Shown: positions 1 through 8,466 of the stretch, one piece after another | Layout of the letters: each line of letters starts with the position of its first letter | Position numbering within the stretch: the stretch's first letter is position 1 | DNA from: an uncultured Bacteroidota bacterium | GTDB taxonomy: Bacteria; Bacteroidota; Bacteroidia; Bacteroidales; VadinHA17 | Direction of reading: 5' to 3' | DNA: 64,000 nucleotides | Assembly: GCA_903844815.1 (NCBI GenBank) | Contig: CAIMVD010000161.1 | Coordinates: forward strand, 9,025-73,024 | Notes under the pieces: model-generated | What the model saw: only the letters and a program-made list of their open reading frames with translations | What the model was told of the DNA's origin: nothing | The model's database searches: none | Translations under genes and position numbers: made by a program

Positions 1-940
1 CCTGCATTGCGAGAAGAGTGTTACCCGGGGTCAGGGTGTTTTCTTTTTCTGCACTTAAGAAAAAGAAGAGTTTGTTCTTAATGATTGGTCCGCCAAAGGT
101 CATGCCATAGACATTCTTTGAAGACTGAGCTACTTTAAGCCTTGTGTCCCTGATCTTTTTTCCAACCATTGAGGTATCGCGGAAGAAAGTGTAAACAGAT
201 GCCTTGAATTGGTTTGTTCCGCTCTTGGTAATTGCATTGACGGCTGCACCGGTAAAATTCGACTGAGTTACATCGAAAGGAGCAACGGCAACCTGGATTT
301 CTTCAATGGCTTCCATTGAGATAGGTTCGCCTGAAACACCAGGCATGTTGCTGCCCGACAATCCGAAGTTGTTGTTGAAGTTGGCACCGTCGACTGTTAC
401 GTTTGTATTGTAAGCCTCACGACCTACATAACCGCCACCGGTTGAGTAAGGAGAAAGCTTTGTATAGTCGCCAAGGCTGCGGTTCATTGAAGGGATCAAT
501 GCCATCTCAGCTGTATTGATGTTGGATGTGGCACCCATCTTTTCGGTTCCGAAAGCCGATGGCCTTGCTCCGACAACCACAACCTCGCCTAACTCTGAAG
601 CGCTCTCGGTCAGGGCAGTCTTGAGCGTATATGCCTCACCCAGAAGAAGTGTAATGTCAGTAAATGTTTTTTTGGAATAGCCTATGAAAGAAGTTTCAAT
701 TTTATAAGGTCCGCCCGGGCGCATACCCTGAATAGTGAAAAAACCTTCATTGTTGGCAACTGCTCCGTACTGAGTTCCCGAAGGAACATGTACGGCAAGA
801 ATTGTTGCTCCGGGCAGAGCCTGCCCTTTGCCGTCAACAATCCTTCCGGTCAGAGCAGATGTTGTAGATCCCTGTCCGAACGTCACAAGTGACACGAACA
901 GAAACAACAGCACCGCTGAAAAGAACTTTGTTTTCTTCAT
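1..940 (-). CDS. TonB-dependent outer-membrane receptor (Oar-like), 5' part only; gene continues past the left edge
   Basis: Own minus-strand translation from the ATG at 938-940 gives MKKTKFFSAVLLFLFVSLVTFGQGSTTSALTGRIVDGKGQALPGATILAVHVPSGTQYGAVANNEGFFTIQGMRPGGPYKIETSFIGYSKK... This is a signal peptide plus a carboxypeptidase-regulatory-like domain. A plug-like region follows (NTNVTVDGANFNNNFG, AITKSGTNQF). The frame stays open to base 1, so it is absent from the ORF track. Confidence 0.8.
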   Translation of the reverse strand, partial: MKKTKFFSAVLLFLFVSLVTFGQGSTTSALTGRIVDGKGQALPGATILAVHVPSGTQYGAVANNEGFFTIQGMRPGGPYKIETSFIGYSKKTFTDITLLLGEAYTLKTALTESASELGEVVVVGARPSAFGTEKMGATSNINTAEMALIPSMNRSLGDYTKLSPYSTGGGYVGREAYNTNVTVDGANFNNNFGLSGSNMPGVSGEPISMEAIEEIQVAVAPFDVTQSNFTGAAVNAITKSGTNQFKASVYTFFRDTSMVGKKIRDTRLKVAQSSKNVYGMTFGGPIIKNKLFFFLSAEKENTLTPGNTLLAMQ

Positions 941-1038
941 AATTAAATTGGATTAGGTTAAATAAATCTCGATAAGGTTATTGTAATTAATTGATTAAAT
1001 GGTTACAACGATATTAATAAAATATTAAATCCCACGGT

Positions 1039-1046
1039 CAAATTTA
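1039..1046 (-). promoter_or_regulatory. candidate Bacteroidota sigma-A -7 box (TAnnTTTG) for the TonB-dependent receptor gene
   Basis: Plus strand reads caaattta, which is TAAATTTG on the minus strand, about 100 nt upstream of the ATG at 940. Confidence 0.3.
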
Positions 1047-1126
1047 CATTTCTTTAAAAAAACAGTGTCTGTCGCCAAAAATTAGTTTTAAACAACTTAT
1101 GAGTTCACGTTGTTAATATCTATAGT

Positions 1127-2347
1127 TCAGATATTTCGGAGAATAATATCCGTTGCTCCTGTATTATCCCTTACATACTTGCCGGCAATATCGGCAGATA
1201 ACGAATATGCTTCTTCATCTCCCAGCCACTCATCAAGAATCGTCTTGAAATCATCATAATTTGTAAACGACCGGGCCCCACCTGCTTCAACAAGTTCAAC
1301 TGCCTCCCTGAACCTTGTATGGTTTGGCCCGAACATAACCGGGATATTCCAGCATGCGGGTTCAAGTATATTATGGATTCCTTTCCCGAATCCGCCTCCA
1401 ACTTCAGCTATCGAGGCATAACTGTATGCCGATGAGAGCATGCCTATATTGTCCATTATCAGAATCCTTGCATCCGACGGGTTCTTTGCATAAACCGAAA
1501 ACCTTACATGACTTACCTTAAAAAGCTTCTCAAGCCGTTCAATATTGGAAATGTCGATTTCATGTGGCGCAAAGACCCATTTCATCTTCCCTGGATAATT
1601 GTTTATATATTCAGCTATTATCTCTTCATCAGGCTTCCAGCTGCTTCCTGCCAGAAAAAGCTTTTCATCTCCCCTGAAATCTTTAAGAGCCTGGATATCT
1701 TTTGCAGAACCTGCAATCTGAACAACACGGTCGAACCTTGAATCGCCTGCCATTACTACATTATCCATACCTATTGACTTCAGAAGGCTTAGCGAACGCT
1801 TATCCTGAACGAAGATCATCCTGAACTTTGCCAGCATTCCCCTGAAAAAGGAGCCATACCATTTGAAGAAATGCTGTTCGGGCCTGAAAATAGCAGAGAT
1901 AAGATAAAGAGGTATGTTTTTTTTATGCAGATATGAAATGTAATTGTTCCAGAATTCATATTTTACAAATATTACATACTCCGGGTTGACCAGGTTTATG
2001 AACCGTTTCGCATTAAAAGGAGTATCAGAAGGCAGATAGCAAACCAGGTCGGCTCCGGCATATCCCTTCCTCACTTCATAACCTGACGGTGAAAAAAAGG
2101 TAAGCACTATTTTCAAACCTGGCGTCTTCTCCTTCAATGCTTCCAGAACCGGCCTGCCCTGCTCAAATTCCCCAAGCGAGGCGCAATGCATCCATATTAC
2201 CCTGTCGCCGCTGCCAATTTTATTCCTGATTTTTTCTTCCCAGCCCTTAAGTCCCTTTATCCACAACGAAGCCTTCGCATTCAAGGGTGCTAAAATATGA
2301 GCCAGGGTATTAATAATGATTATAATAACATTGTATAAATGTCTCAT
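1127..2347 (-). CDS. waaA: 3-deoxy-D-manno-octulosonic acid (Kdo) transferase
   Basis: 406 aa. It has the WMHCASLGEFEQGRPVLEALK motif typical of KdtA/WaaA, an N-terminal membrane anchor and a GT30-like C-terminal half. Confidence 0.9.
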   Translation of the reverse strand: MRHLYNVIIIIINTLAHILAPLNAKASLWIKGLKGWEEKIRNKIGSGDRVIWMHCASLGEFEQGRPVLEALKEKTPGLKIVLTFFSPSGYEVRKGYAGADLVCYLPSDTPFNAKRFINLVNPEYVIFVKYEFWNNYISYLHKKNIPLYLISAIFRPEQHFFKWYGSFFRGMLAKFRMIFVQDKRSLSLLKSIGMDNVVMAGDSRFDRVVQIAGSAKDIQALKDFRGDEKLFLAGSSWKPDEEIIAEYINNYPGKMKWVFAPHEIDISNIERLEKLFKVSHVRFSVYAKNPSDARILIMDNIGMLSSAYSYASIAEVGGGFGKGIHNILEPACWNIPVMFGPNHTRFREAVELVEAGGARSFTNYDDFKTILDEWLGDEEAYSLSADIAGKYVRDNTGATDIILRNI

Positions 2348-2366
2348 AGGTGTAATTATCGGGCCT

Positions 2367-2374
2367 CAAAGTTA
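2367..2374 (-). promoter_or_regulatory. candidate -7 box (TAACTTTG) for waaA
   Basis: Plus strand reads caaagtta; the box lies 20 nt upstream of the waaA ATG (2345-2347). Confidence 0.35.
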
Positions 2375-2437
2375 ATAAAAGAAAAAAACAACTACCTTTA
2401 AAATCTATCACATTACTATCCTATTTAAATTAACTTA

Positions 2438-2445
2438 TATTTTTG
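2438..2445 (+). promoter_or_regulatory. candidate -7 box (TATTTTTG) for the two-component operon
   Basis: Exact TAnnTTTG match 21 nt upstream of the ATG at 2466, in the divergent intergenic region shared with waaA. Confidence 0.35.
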
Positions 2446-2465
2446 CAGTAAACTCAAGGTACAAA

Positions 2466-3413
2466 ATGGTACGACTTATTGCCCTTATTATTTCTATAAT
2501 TCTACAGATTCTTGCAGCCGTCATTGCACTGAGGTTCATGAAGCTTACCAAATACCGTCTTTCGTGGATACTGCTTTCGCTCTCCTTTGCAATGATGGCT
2601 GTAAAGAGTATAATAAAGTTTTTTGAATTTTTCAGAGGAACCCCTTCCTATGCATGGCAAATGATCGATGAATGGATGGGAGTGGTAATTTCAGTGATGA
2701 TAATTGTGGGTGTCGTCCTTATCAGAGAACTTTTCCAGTCGCTGAAGAGAGCAGATATGGAACGACTCCGGACTGAAAAAAGGGTTATTAATGCCATAAT
2801 CAACACCGAGGAAAATGAACGCAGGAGGTTTGCAAAGGATTTGCACGACGGACTTGGCCCTATTCTTTCGACAGTAAAGATGTCACTCTCGGCGCTCACC
2901 CAGAGAATAAAAGACCCTTCAGGCACAATAATCCTTAGTAATACAAACCACCTGGTGAATGAAGCCCTGAATACAATAAAGGAGATCTCGAATAACCTTA
3001 GCCCTCATGTACTCTCAAATTTCGGACTAGCAAGCGCTATCAGCACCTTCACCACTAAAATAAACCAGACAAAAGCCATTGAGATCGATTTCAAGTCGAA
3101 TATGGAAAACCAACGCCTCGAGAACGATAAGGAGGTGGTGATCTACAGGGCAGTTTGTGAATTAATTAACAATTCCATACAGCATTCCGGCGCATCAAGA
3201 ATTGAAATTGAATTAAACAAACATGAAAAATTTATTACCTTGCAGTTTTATGACAATGGCCGTGGTTTTGATACCTCAACTCTTTCGGGTGAAGACTCAA
3301 AAGGGATGGGACTCTCGAACATCGAAACACGCGTGAAGACTGTTGAAGGCGTCTTCATTGTTGAAAGCACGCCGGGAAAAGGCACCAGCGCGCTCATAAA
3401 AATGATTGAATGA
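2466..3413 (+). CDS. membrane sensor histidine kinase, HisKA_3 (NarX/DesK-like) type
   Basis: 315 aa. About three N-terminal TM helices are followed by the H-box ERRRFAKDLHDGLGP and HATPase_c motifs (NNSIQHSGA, DNGRGF, GMGLSNI). Confidence 0.85.
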   Translation: MVRLIALIISIILQILAAVIALRFMKLTKYRLSWILLSLSFAMMAVKSIIKFFEFFRGTPSYAWQMIDEWMGVVISVMIIVGVVLIRELFQSLKRADMERLRTEKRVINAIINTEENERRRFAKDLHDGLGPILSTVKMSLSALTQRIKDPSGTIILSNTNHLVNEALNTIKEISNNLSPHVLSNFGLASAISTFTTKINQTKAIEIDFKSNMENQRLENDKEVVIYRAVCELINNSIQHSGASRIEIELNKHEKFITLQFYDNGRGFDTSTLSGEDSKGMGLSNIETRVKTVEGVFIVESTPGKGTSALIKMIE

Positions 3414-4081
3414 ACCGCGAGTATATCACCTATTACGAGATGGAAAAAATAAGGATATTAATAGCAGACGATCACCAGCTTTTTCGAAACGGACTTAAGA
3501 TCCTACTAGATGCCTTTCCCGAATTTGAGGTAGCAGGAGAAGCTTCAAACGGGGAAGAGTTCCTTAAATTACTTGCATGCACTCCTGCCGAAGTAGCACT
3601 GATGGATATCAACATGCCTGAAATGGATGGAATAGAAGCTACCAGGAAAGCCCTCAGGATAAAACCCGATATCGATATTATAGCCCTTTCGATGTACGGA
3701 GAAGAAGAATATTACTACAAAATGGTTGATGCGGGCGCAAAAGGTTTCCTCCTGAAGGACTCCGATATCTCCGAAGTGAAGGACGCTATAATGACTGTGA
3801 GAAAGGGCGGTAACTATTTCTCACAGGAACTTCTCTACCATGTTATACAGAAGATCAAAAACCGGGAATTTGAAAGCAAAACGGCAAACCTGTCAAAAAG
3901 AGAAAAGGAGATTCTTTTCAAGATCTGTGAAGGCCTGTCGAACCAGGAGATCGCCGAAACCCTCTTCATAAGCAAAAGAACCGTCGATAAACACCGTGCC
4001 AACCTTCTGGGCAAAACAAACTCAAAAAATACGGCAAGCCTGATTCTGTTTGCCATAAAGAATAAACTCATAGAGATATAA
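3410..4081 (+). CDS. response regulator, NarL/LuxR family (receiver + HTH)
   Basis: Receiver domain (IRILIADDH...MDINMPEMDG) plus a LuxR-type HTH (LSKREKEILFKICEGLSNQEIAETLFISKRTVDKHR). The ATG at 3410 overlaps the kinase stop as ATGA. An alternative start is the ATG at 3440 (MEKIRILIADD). Confidence 0.85.
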   Translation: MNREYITYYEMEKIRILIADDHQLFRNGLKILLDAFPEFEVAGEASNGEEFLKLLACTPAEVALMDINMPEMDGIEATRKALRIKPDIDIIALSMYGEEEYYYKMVDAGAKGFLLKDSDISEVKDAIMTVRKGGNYFSQELLYHVIQKIKNREFESKTANLSKREKEILFKICEGLSNQEIAETLFISKRTVDKHRANLLGKTNSKNTASLILFAIKNKLIEI

Positions 4082-4164
4082 ATTTTCTCTGAAATTAAGT
4101 ACAATGGCAGTTTTCTGGTAATATGCTTTACCGGAAGCTGCGAAACAGACATAAAAACTAAATT

Positions 4165-4530
4165 ATGGCTGAATCACATTTACTTGGACAAAAAGGCGAA
4201 GATCTGGCTGTCGGTTTCCTGAAGGATAAAGGCTATAAAATCCTTTTCCGCAACTGGACCTGGGGAAAACATGAGGTCGACATCATCGCCGAGAACAGCG
4301 ATTTCATTGTTTTTGCCGAGGTAAAAACAAGATCAGGCGATTACTACCTGCCTCCATCATCGGCAGTCAACTCCCAGAAGCAAAAATCTATAATCTTTGC
4401 CGCCGACGGATATATCAGAAAGTTCAACGTGAACAAGGAGGCCCGGTTCGATGTAATAACCGTTATAAATATTGGAGAGTCATTCGATATCGACCATATT
4501 GAAGGAGCGTTTTACCCGACTTTGAGATGA
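4165..4530 (+). CDS. yraN: YraN-family (UPF0102) endonuclease-like protein
   Basis: 121 aa. GEDLAVGFLKDKGYKILFRNWTWGKHEVDIIAE...FAEVKTRS matches the YraN/UPF0102 pattern. Confidence 0.8.
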   Translation: MAESHLLGQKGEDLAVGFLKDKGYKILFRNWTWGKHEVDIIAENSDFIVFAEVKTRSGDYYLPPSSAVNSQKQKSIIFAADGYIRKFNVNKEARFDVITVINIGESFDIDHIEGAFYPTLR

Positions 4531-4556
4531 TCCCACAACCTGGTTGCTGTCAAAAA

Positions 4557-4658
4557 CCTCTGTGTAACTCTGTGCTTTCTCTGTGTAGCTCTGTGTAACA
4601 AACAATCAAGAACTTACACAGAGGGTCACAGAGGTGTCACTGAGAGACACAGAGAGAA
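4557..4658. repeat. imperfect palindrome built from head-to-head arrays of CTCTGTG / CACAGAG units
   Basis: The left arm (4557-4598) has four CTCTGTG units at a 10-11 nt spacing. The right arm (4614-4658) has four CACAGAG-type units. The innermost 10 bp are perfect: ctctgtgtaa at 4589-4598 pairs with ttacacagag at 4614-4623, with a 15-nt loop. The element lies just after the yraN stop. Confidence 0.85.
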
Positions 4659-4716
4659 CTAACGTACAAGTAAAGACTTTTTATAAAACCTCCCTTTCCA
4701 AATAACTATAATCGAT

Positions 4717-5037
4717 ATGAATATTGAAGAATTAAGAGATTACTGCAATTCGAAACCCGGAGCGGAAGAGAGCTTCCCCTTTGGTATCGACACCCTCGTT
4801 TTCAAGAAGAATGGCAAGATCTTCGCCCTCGTGAACCTCGATGGTGACCTGAGTATCAACCTGAAGTGCGACCCGGCCCTGGCCCTTGAGTTAAGGGAGA
4901 GGCACCCGGCGGTCACTCCGGGATACCATATGAATAAAAAGCACTGGAATACAATAAATCTGGACGGGTCGATTCCAGCTAAACAGATATTTTCGTGGAT
5001 TGATCACTCATATGAACTTATCAGAGTAAAACACTGA
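4717..5037 (+). CDS. MmcQ/YjbR-family DNA-binding protein
   Basis: 106 aa. Family-typical pattern ESFPFGIDTLVFKKNGKIFALV...PGYHMNKKHWNTINLDG. Confidence 0.8.
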   Translation: MNIEELRDYCNSKPGAEESFPFGIDTLVFKKNGKIFALVNLDGDLSINLKCDPALALELRERHPAVTPGYHMNKKHWNTINLDGSIPAKQIFSWIDHSYELIRVKH

Positions 5038-5047
5038 TATTCAGTAC

Positions 5048-6943
5048 CTATTTTTTAAACCCAAACCTGTAATTCGCTCCAAAAAGGAACCTTCCTCTTC
5101 TTTCTATATTATAAGTGTAATTGTTTGATAAATAATAATCGTCACCACCAAAATTATATTTAAAAGATAATCCAAGCTTCTTACCAATCAGCGCCTCAGC
5201 AGAAATAAACGTTGTTGAATAATTTTGTGAAAAAGCGCCTCCAACCCTGAGATTATAATCAGTTCTGTAACCAAATCCGGTACCAATACTGAATTCATTC
5301 AAAAGAACGGGAACCGACGTTGGAGAATTGAATCCGTATGAATACTGCAAATCCAGTATGTCTCTCCTGCCCAATCGAAAAAGCACCTCCGGTAAAATCG
5401 GAAAAAACCGTGTTCCTCTTTCAAAAGAAGTTTTATCAATGGGTTCCAGTGGTACCCATCTTATATTTCCAACATGTGCCCCAAAGCCAAATCCTATCCA
5501 TTTAAGATCATATTTAACATAGGGATTTACACCAAAAAGGAAACTTTTCTTTTCCCATTGTCTTGTAAGATTATTCTCTTCAAGAATGCCTCCATAAATG
5601 TTGATCCCCTTAGTAATGATCGATTTCCCTTCTGTTTTTATGCCTGATAAACCACCACCTGTGATCCAGTATAAATAACTGTAATCCTCAGTTGTATAGG
5701 TTGTCCCGCATTCACCCTGATGAGGGTTATAATTGAGATTATTATAATAATTTCCGAAAGAGGTACTAAGATCAATCCGTTTATACGATTTAACCTGACT
5801 ATAAAAGTCCTTGTATGATAGTGTTTTTGTAGAATCGGGCAAGAAAGTCTGAGTTGTTAAAAAAACCGGTACAGCAAAAAATGAGGCTGTCGCCAATCTA
5901 ATCCTTAAAATTTTCAGAGATCCGAAAACATAGCAGGCAGTAAGTATGACAGCAGGTATGAATTTCAGATTTAAAGAGAGTAACTCAAATGGAGTGAACA
6001 GGCCGCGGAAACAATATATCACTCCCGATACTGAAAGAATATATAAAGCAGGGTTTATCAATGATGTCTTATGCTCAGGAAGATTCGCATAAACTGATCC
6101 GGGTTTGTTTTCATACAGTATTAACATTATAAAACAAACAATCCCCAACCCCAATAAGAACCATTGAATCAGGCTAATCCCCGATATATACCTGGTTTCA
6201 AAAACAGATGCGGAGGGATCACGTAAAAACTCAATAAAAAATCTGAAAATAAAGAAGAGGACAAGTGAGAAAATCAGAGCGCTCCAGGCTTTTTTCCAGA
6301 ATTTCAGCGATTTCCAAACAATAAATGAAATTATAAAAAATAATATGGTTTCATAAAGCTGTACAGGATGAACACTGAGAGTAAATGGTGAACTTTTTTC
6401 TATCAGTCCGTTAAGCAATTGATGATAATGAGCACTTGTCCCGAAGAGATATTGAATACTCCATGGCAGATCTGAGTGTTTCCCATAACAACAACCGTTA
6501 AAAAAGCATCCTGTTTTCTGAATCCCAAAACCAAGGGGCGTAATCCAGGCGTACAAATTAAGCATTGATTTATCGATTCTTAAAAAATATTGTGATAATA
6601 CAAGCCCGGCCAGACCAAACAACAGTCCCCCTATTGCATAGCGACTCTGATATTCTTCATATCTGCCGGAAACAATAATTTGCCCCCACTCAGAGACAGG
6701 AACAGTGGAAAGCCTCGATCCGATTATTGTACAGAGGGAAACTGTAGTTAAAAGTAATAAAACTGACCGTAAGGGAATTTTCAACCGGTTACTGAAAAAA
6801 ATAAACAGCATAAATGTTACTCCAAATGAGAGAACATAAAAAAAACTAAAACAGGAAGCCGGATTTGATACATCTATTTCCATTCTGGTAACTCTTTTTA
6901 ATTTAATTTCCGGAATGCAGCTCCTGTGTATGAGAATACACAA
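5048..6943 (-). CDS. divergent prolipoprotein diacylglyceryl transferase (Lgt)-like membrane domain fused to extra TM helices and a beta-rich C-terminal domain
   Basis: 631 aa. Lgt-family motifs are present: GCFFNGCCYG (aa 145-154), HPVQLYE (aa 192-198) and FRFFIEFLRD (aa 233-242). About 4 more hydrophobic helices follow, then about 260 aa rich in Tyr/Gly/Asn with an alternating pattern, ending FGANYRFGFKK. The start could instead be Met21 (nt 6883). Confidence 0.7.
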   Translation of the reverse strand: MCILIHRSCIPEIKLKRVTRMEIDVSNPASCFSFFYVLSFGVTFMLFIFFSNRLKIPLRSVLLLLTTVSLCTIIGSRLSTVPVSEWGQIIVSGRYEEYQSRYAIGGLLFGLAGLVLSQYFLRIDKSMLNLYAWITPLGFGIQKTGCFFNGCCYGKHSDLPWSIQYLFGTSAHYHQLLNGLIEKSSPFTLSVHPVQLYETILFFIISFIVWKSLKFWKKAWSALIFSLVLFFIFRFFIEFLRDPSASVFETRYISGISLIQWFLLGLGIVCFIMLILYENKPGSVYANLPEHKTSLINPALYILSVSGVIYCFRGLFTPFELLSLNLKFIPAVILTACYVFGSLKILRIRLATASFFAVPVFLTTQTFLPDSTKTLSYKDFYSQVKSYKRIDLSTSFGNYYNNLNYNPHQGECGTTYTTEDYSYLYWITGGGLSGIKTEGKSIITKGINIYGGILEENNLTRQWEKKSFLFGVNPYVKYDLKWIGFGFGAHVGNIRWVPLEPIDKTSFERGTRFFPILPEVLFRLGRRDILDLQYSYGFNSPTSVPVLLNEFSIGTGFGYRTDYNLRVGGAFSQNYSTTFISAEALIGKKLGLSFKYNFGGDDYYLSNNYTYNIERRGRFLFGANYRFGFKK

Positions 6944-6977
6944 TTGTTATAAAATTAAGGCTTTCTGCTATCAGAGT

Positions 6978-6985
6978 CAAATTTA
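6978..6985 (-). promoter_or_regulatory. candidate -7 box (TAAATTTG) for the Lgt-like gene
   Basis: Plus strand reads caaattta, 35 nt upstream of the ORF-track ATG at 6943. Confidence 0.3.
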
Positions 6986-7156
6986 TTTTGACTTGAATAA
7001 ACTGATTAATATCAAACAACCTGCTGACTTTAACTATATCAAATATTATTAATAAATGTTAATCCCGAATGGGTTAAATTAAAATTGAAACATATCATTA
7101 TATATTCATTTGTTTTTTTTTAGCTTAGCACTTCATAATAATTAAATTTCTCAAAT

Positions 7157-8368
7157 ATGAAAACTCGATTTCTTTCCTTCCTGATACTTATTCTGATCGT
7201 TTCACAGTCGTTCGGCCAGAAAAAGGATGCTGCAAAAAGCAGTACAAAAGCAGAAGAAGGCTACAAATTCACTCCGGTAGTAGAAATAAAAGCTACCCCC
7301 GTAAAAAACCAGGCAGGCACGGGAACCTGCTGGTGCTTTGCCACGACTTCCTTTATTGAGTCGGAACTTCTTAGAACAGGCAAGGGCGAATACGATCTCT
7401 CGGAGATGTATATTGTAAGGTATAACTATGTTGACAGACTAAAAGACAACTTCGTACAGCAGGGCAAGGGAAACCTTGGACAGGGAAGTGTTGGTCACGA
7501 CTTCATGATTGAATTCACAGAAAATGGGATAGTTCCCGATGAAGTTTATACCGGTCTTAATTACGGTATGCCTAATCACAATCACAGGGAACTCAATTCA
7601 TTTGTAAATGCAGTGGCAACTGTGCCTGTACAGGTGAAAAAGGAAAGTGACCAGTACCTCAGTATTGTTGATGCAGTTGTTGATACCTATCTTGGAAAAG
7701 TACCTGCCTCGTTCACCTACAAAGGTGTTGGCTATACACCAAAATCTTTTACGGCAACTCTCGGCATCAATCCCGACGATTATGTTGAAATCACATCATT
7801 CACACTTTTCCCTTTCTACCAGCAGGGCATCGTTCCCATTCCTGACAACTGGAGAAAAGCCAATTACTATAATGTTCCTCTCGATGAACTGATCATGACC
7901 ATGGATTATGCCCTCAACAACGGGTTTACTGTTGCCTGGGATGGCGACGTGAGCGAAAAGGGATTCTCTCATTCAAAGGGAGTAGCTATTATCCCTGAAC
8001 TGGTAAAGGTTGACGAATATCCTGGAGCTGAGAAAACCAGGCTCGGAAAAATGACTGCTGAGGAACGCGCAGCAGAAGCATACAAATTCAGCAAACCTTT
8101 CCCCGAAGTAAAAGTGACACAGGAATCCCGTCAGGAAGGCTACGACAAAAACGTAACAACCGACGACCATCTTATGCACTTAACTGGGATTGTAAAAGAT
8201 CAGGCTGGAACAAAATACTATATAACCAAAAATTCCTGGGGAACAGCCAGAAACCCATTCGGAGGCTACCTGAACATGTCGGAGAACTACGTAAGGGCAA
8301 AGACTATTGCAATTATGGTTCATAAGAGCGCCATTCCGGCTGAAATCAAAACAAAACTGGGAATTTAA
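7157..8368 (+). CDS. secreted C1-family cysteine peptidase, aminopeptidase C / bleomycin-hydrolase-like
   Basis: 403 aa. Signal peptide MKTRFLSFLILILIVSQSFGQ. The catalytic Cys context is NQAGTGTCWCFATTSF, and a His/Asn region (DDHLMHLTG...NSWG) follows. Confidence 0.8.
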   Translation: MKTRFLSFLILILIVSQSFGQKKDAAKSSTKAEEGYKFTPVVEIKATPVKNQAGTGTCWCFATTSFIESELLRTGKGEYDLSEMYIVRYNYVDRLKDNFVQQGKGNLGQGSVGHDFMIEFTENGIVPDEVYTGLNYGMPNHNHRELNSFVNAVATVPVQVKKESDQYLSIVDAVVDTYLGKVPASFTYKGVGYTPKSFTATLGINPDDYVEITSFTLFPFYQQGIVPIPDNWRKANYYNVPLDELIMTMDYALNNGFTVAWDGDVSEKGFSHSKGVAIIPELVKVDEYPGAEKTRLGKMTAEERAAEAYKFSKPFPEVKVTQESRQEGYDKNVTTDDHLMHLTGIVKDQAGTKYYITKNSWGTARNPFGGYLNMSENYVRAKTIAIMVHKSAIPAEIKTKLGI

Positions 8369-8369
8369 A

Positions 8370-8466
8370 CAGGTCCTGCCAGTCTTGCGGTCATGCAAGT
8401 CCTGCGGTCTCTCATGACTTGCACGACTTGCATGACCTGCATGACCTGCATGACCTGCACGACTTA
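8370..8466. repeat. palindromic array of 9-nt units (CARGTCNTG x4-5 facing CAYGACYTG x6)
   Basis: Six tandem 9-mers at 8413-8466: catgacttg, cacgacttg, catgacctg x3, cacgactta. Degenerate reverse-complement units lie at 8370-8404. A perfect 13-bp inverted repeat pairs ggtcatgcaagtc (8389-8401) with gacttgcatgacc (8425-8437). The element fills the gap between the convergent peptidase and LuxE-like genes and overlaps the latter's stop. Confidence 0.85.

Noticed and set aside
941-1126. Riboswitch (e.g. cobalamin) in the leader of the TonB-dependent receptor
   Set aside because: The region is AT-rich with no B12-box-like GCCACTG core and no extended conserved helices. I could only propose a -7 promoter box.
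4165-5037. YraN endonuclease plus MmcQ/YjbR as a toxin-antitoxin or defence pair
   Set aside because: Both are widespread housekeeping-type small proteins. They are separated by a 186-nt hairpin-containing spacer and have no accompanying defence genes.
8413-8466. Possible CRISPR array
   Set aside because: The units are only 9 nt and directly abut one another with no spacers. There are no cas genes in the window. It is a microsatellite-like palindromic array.
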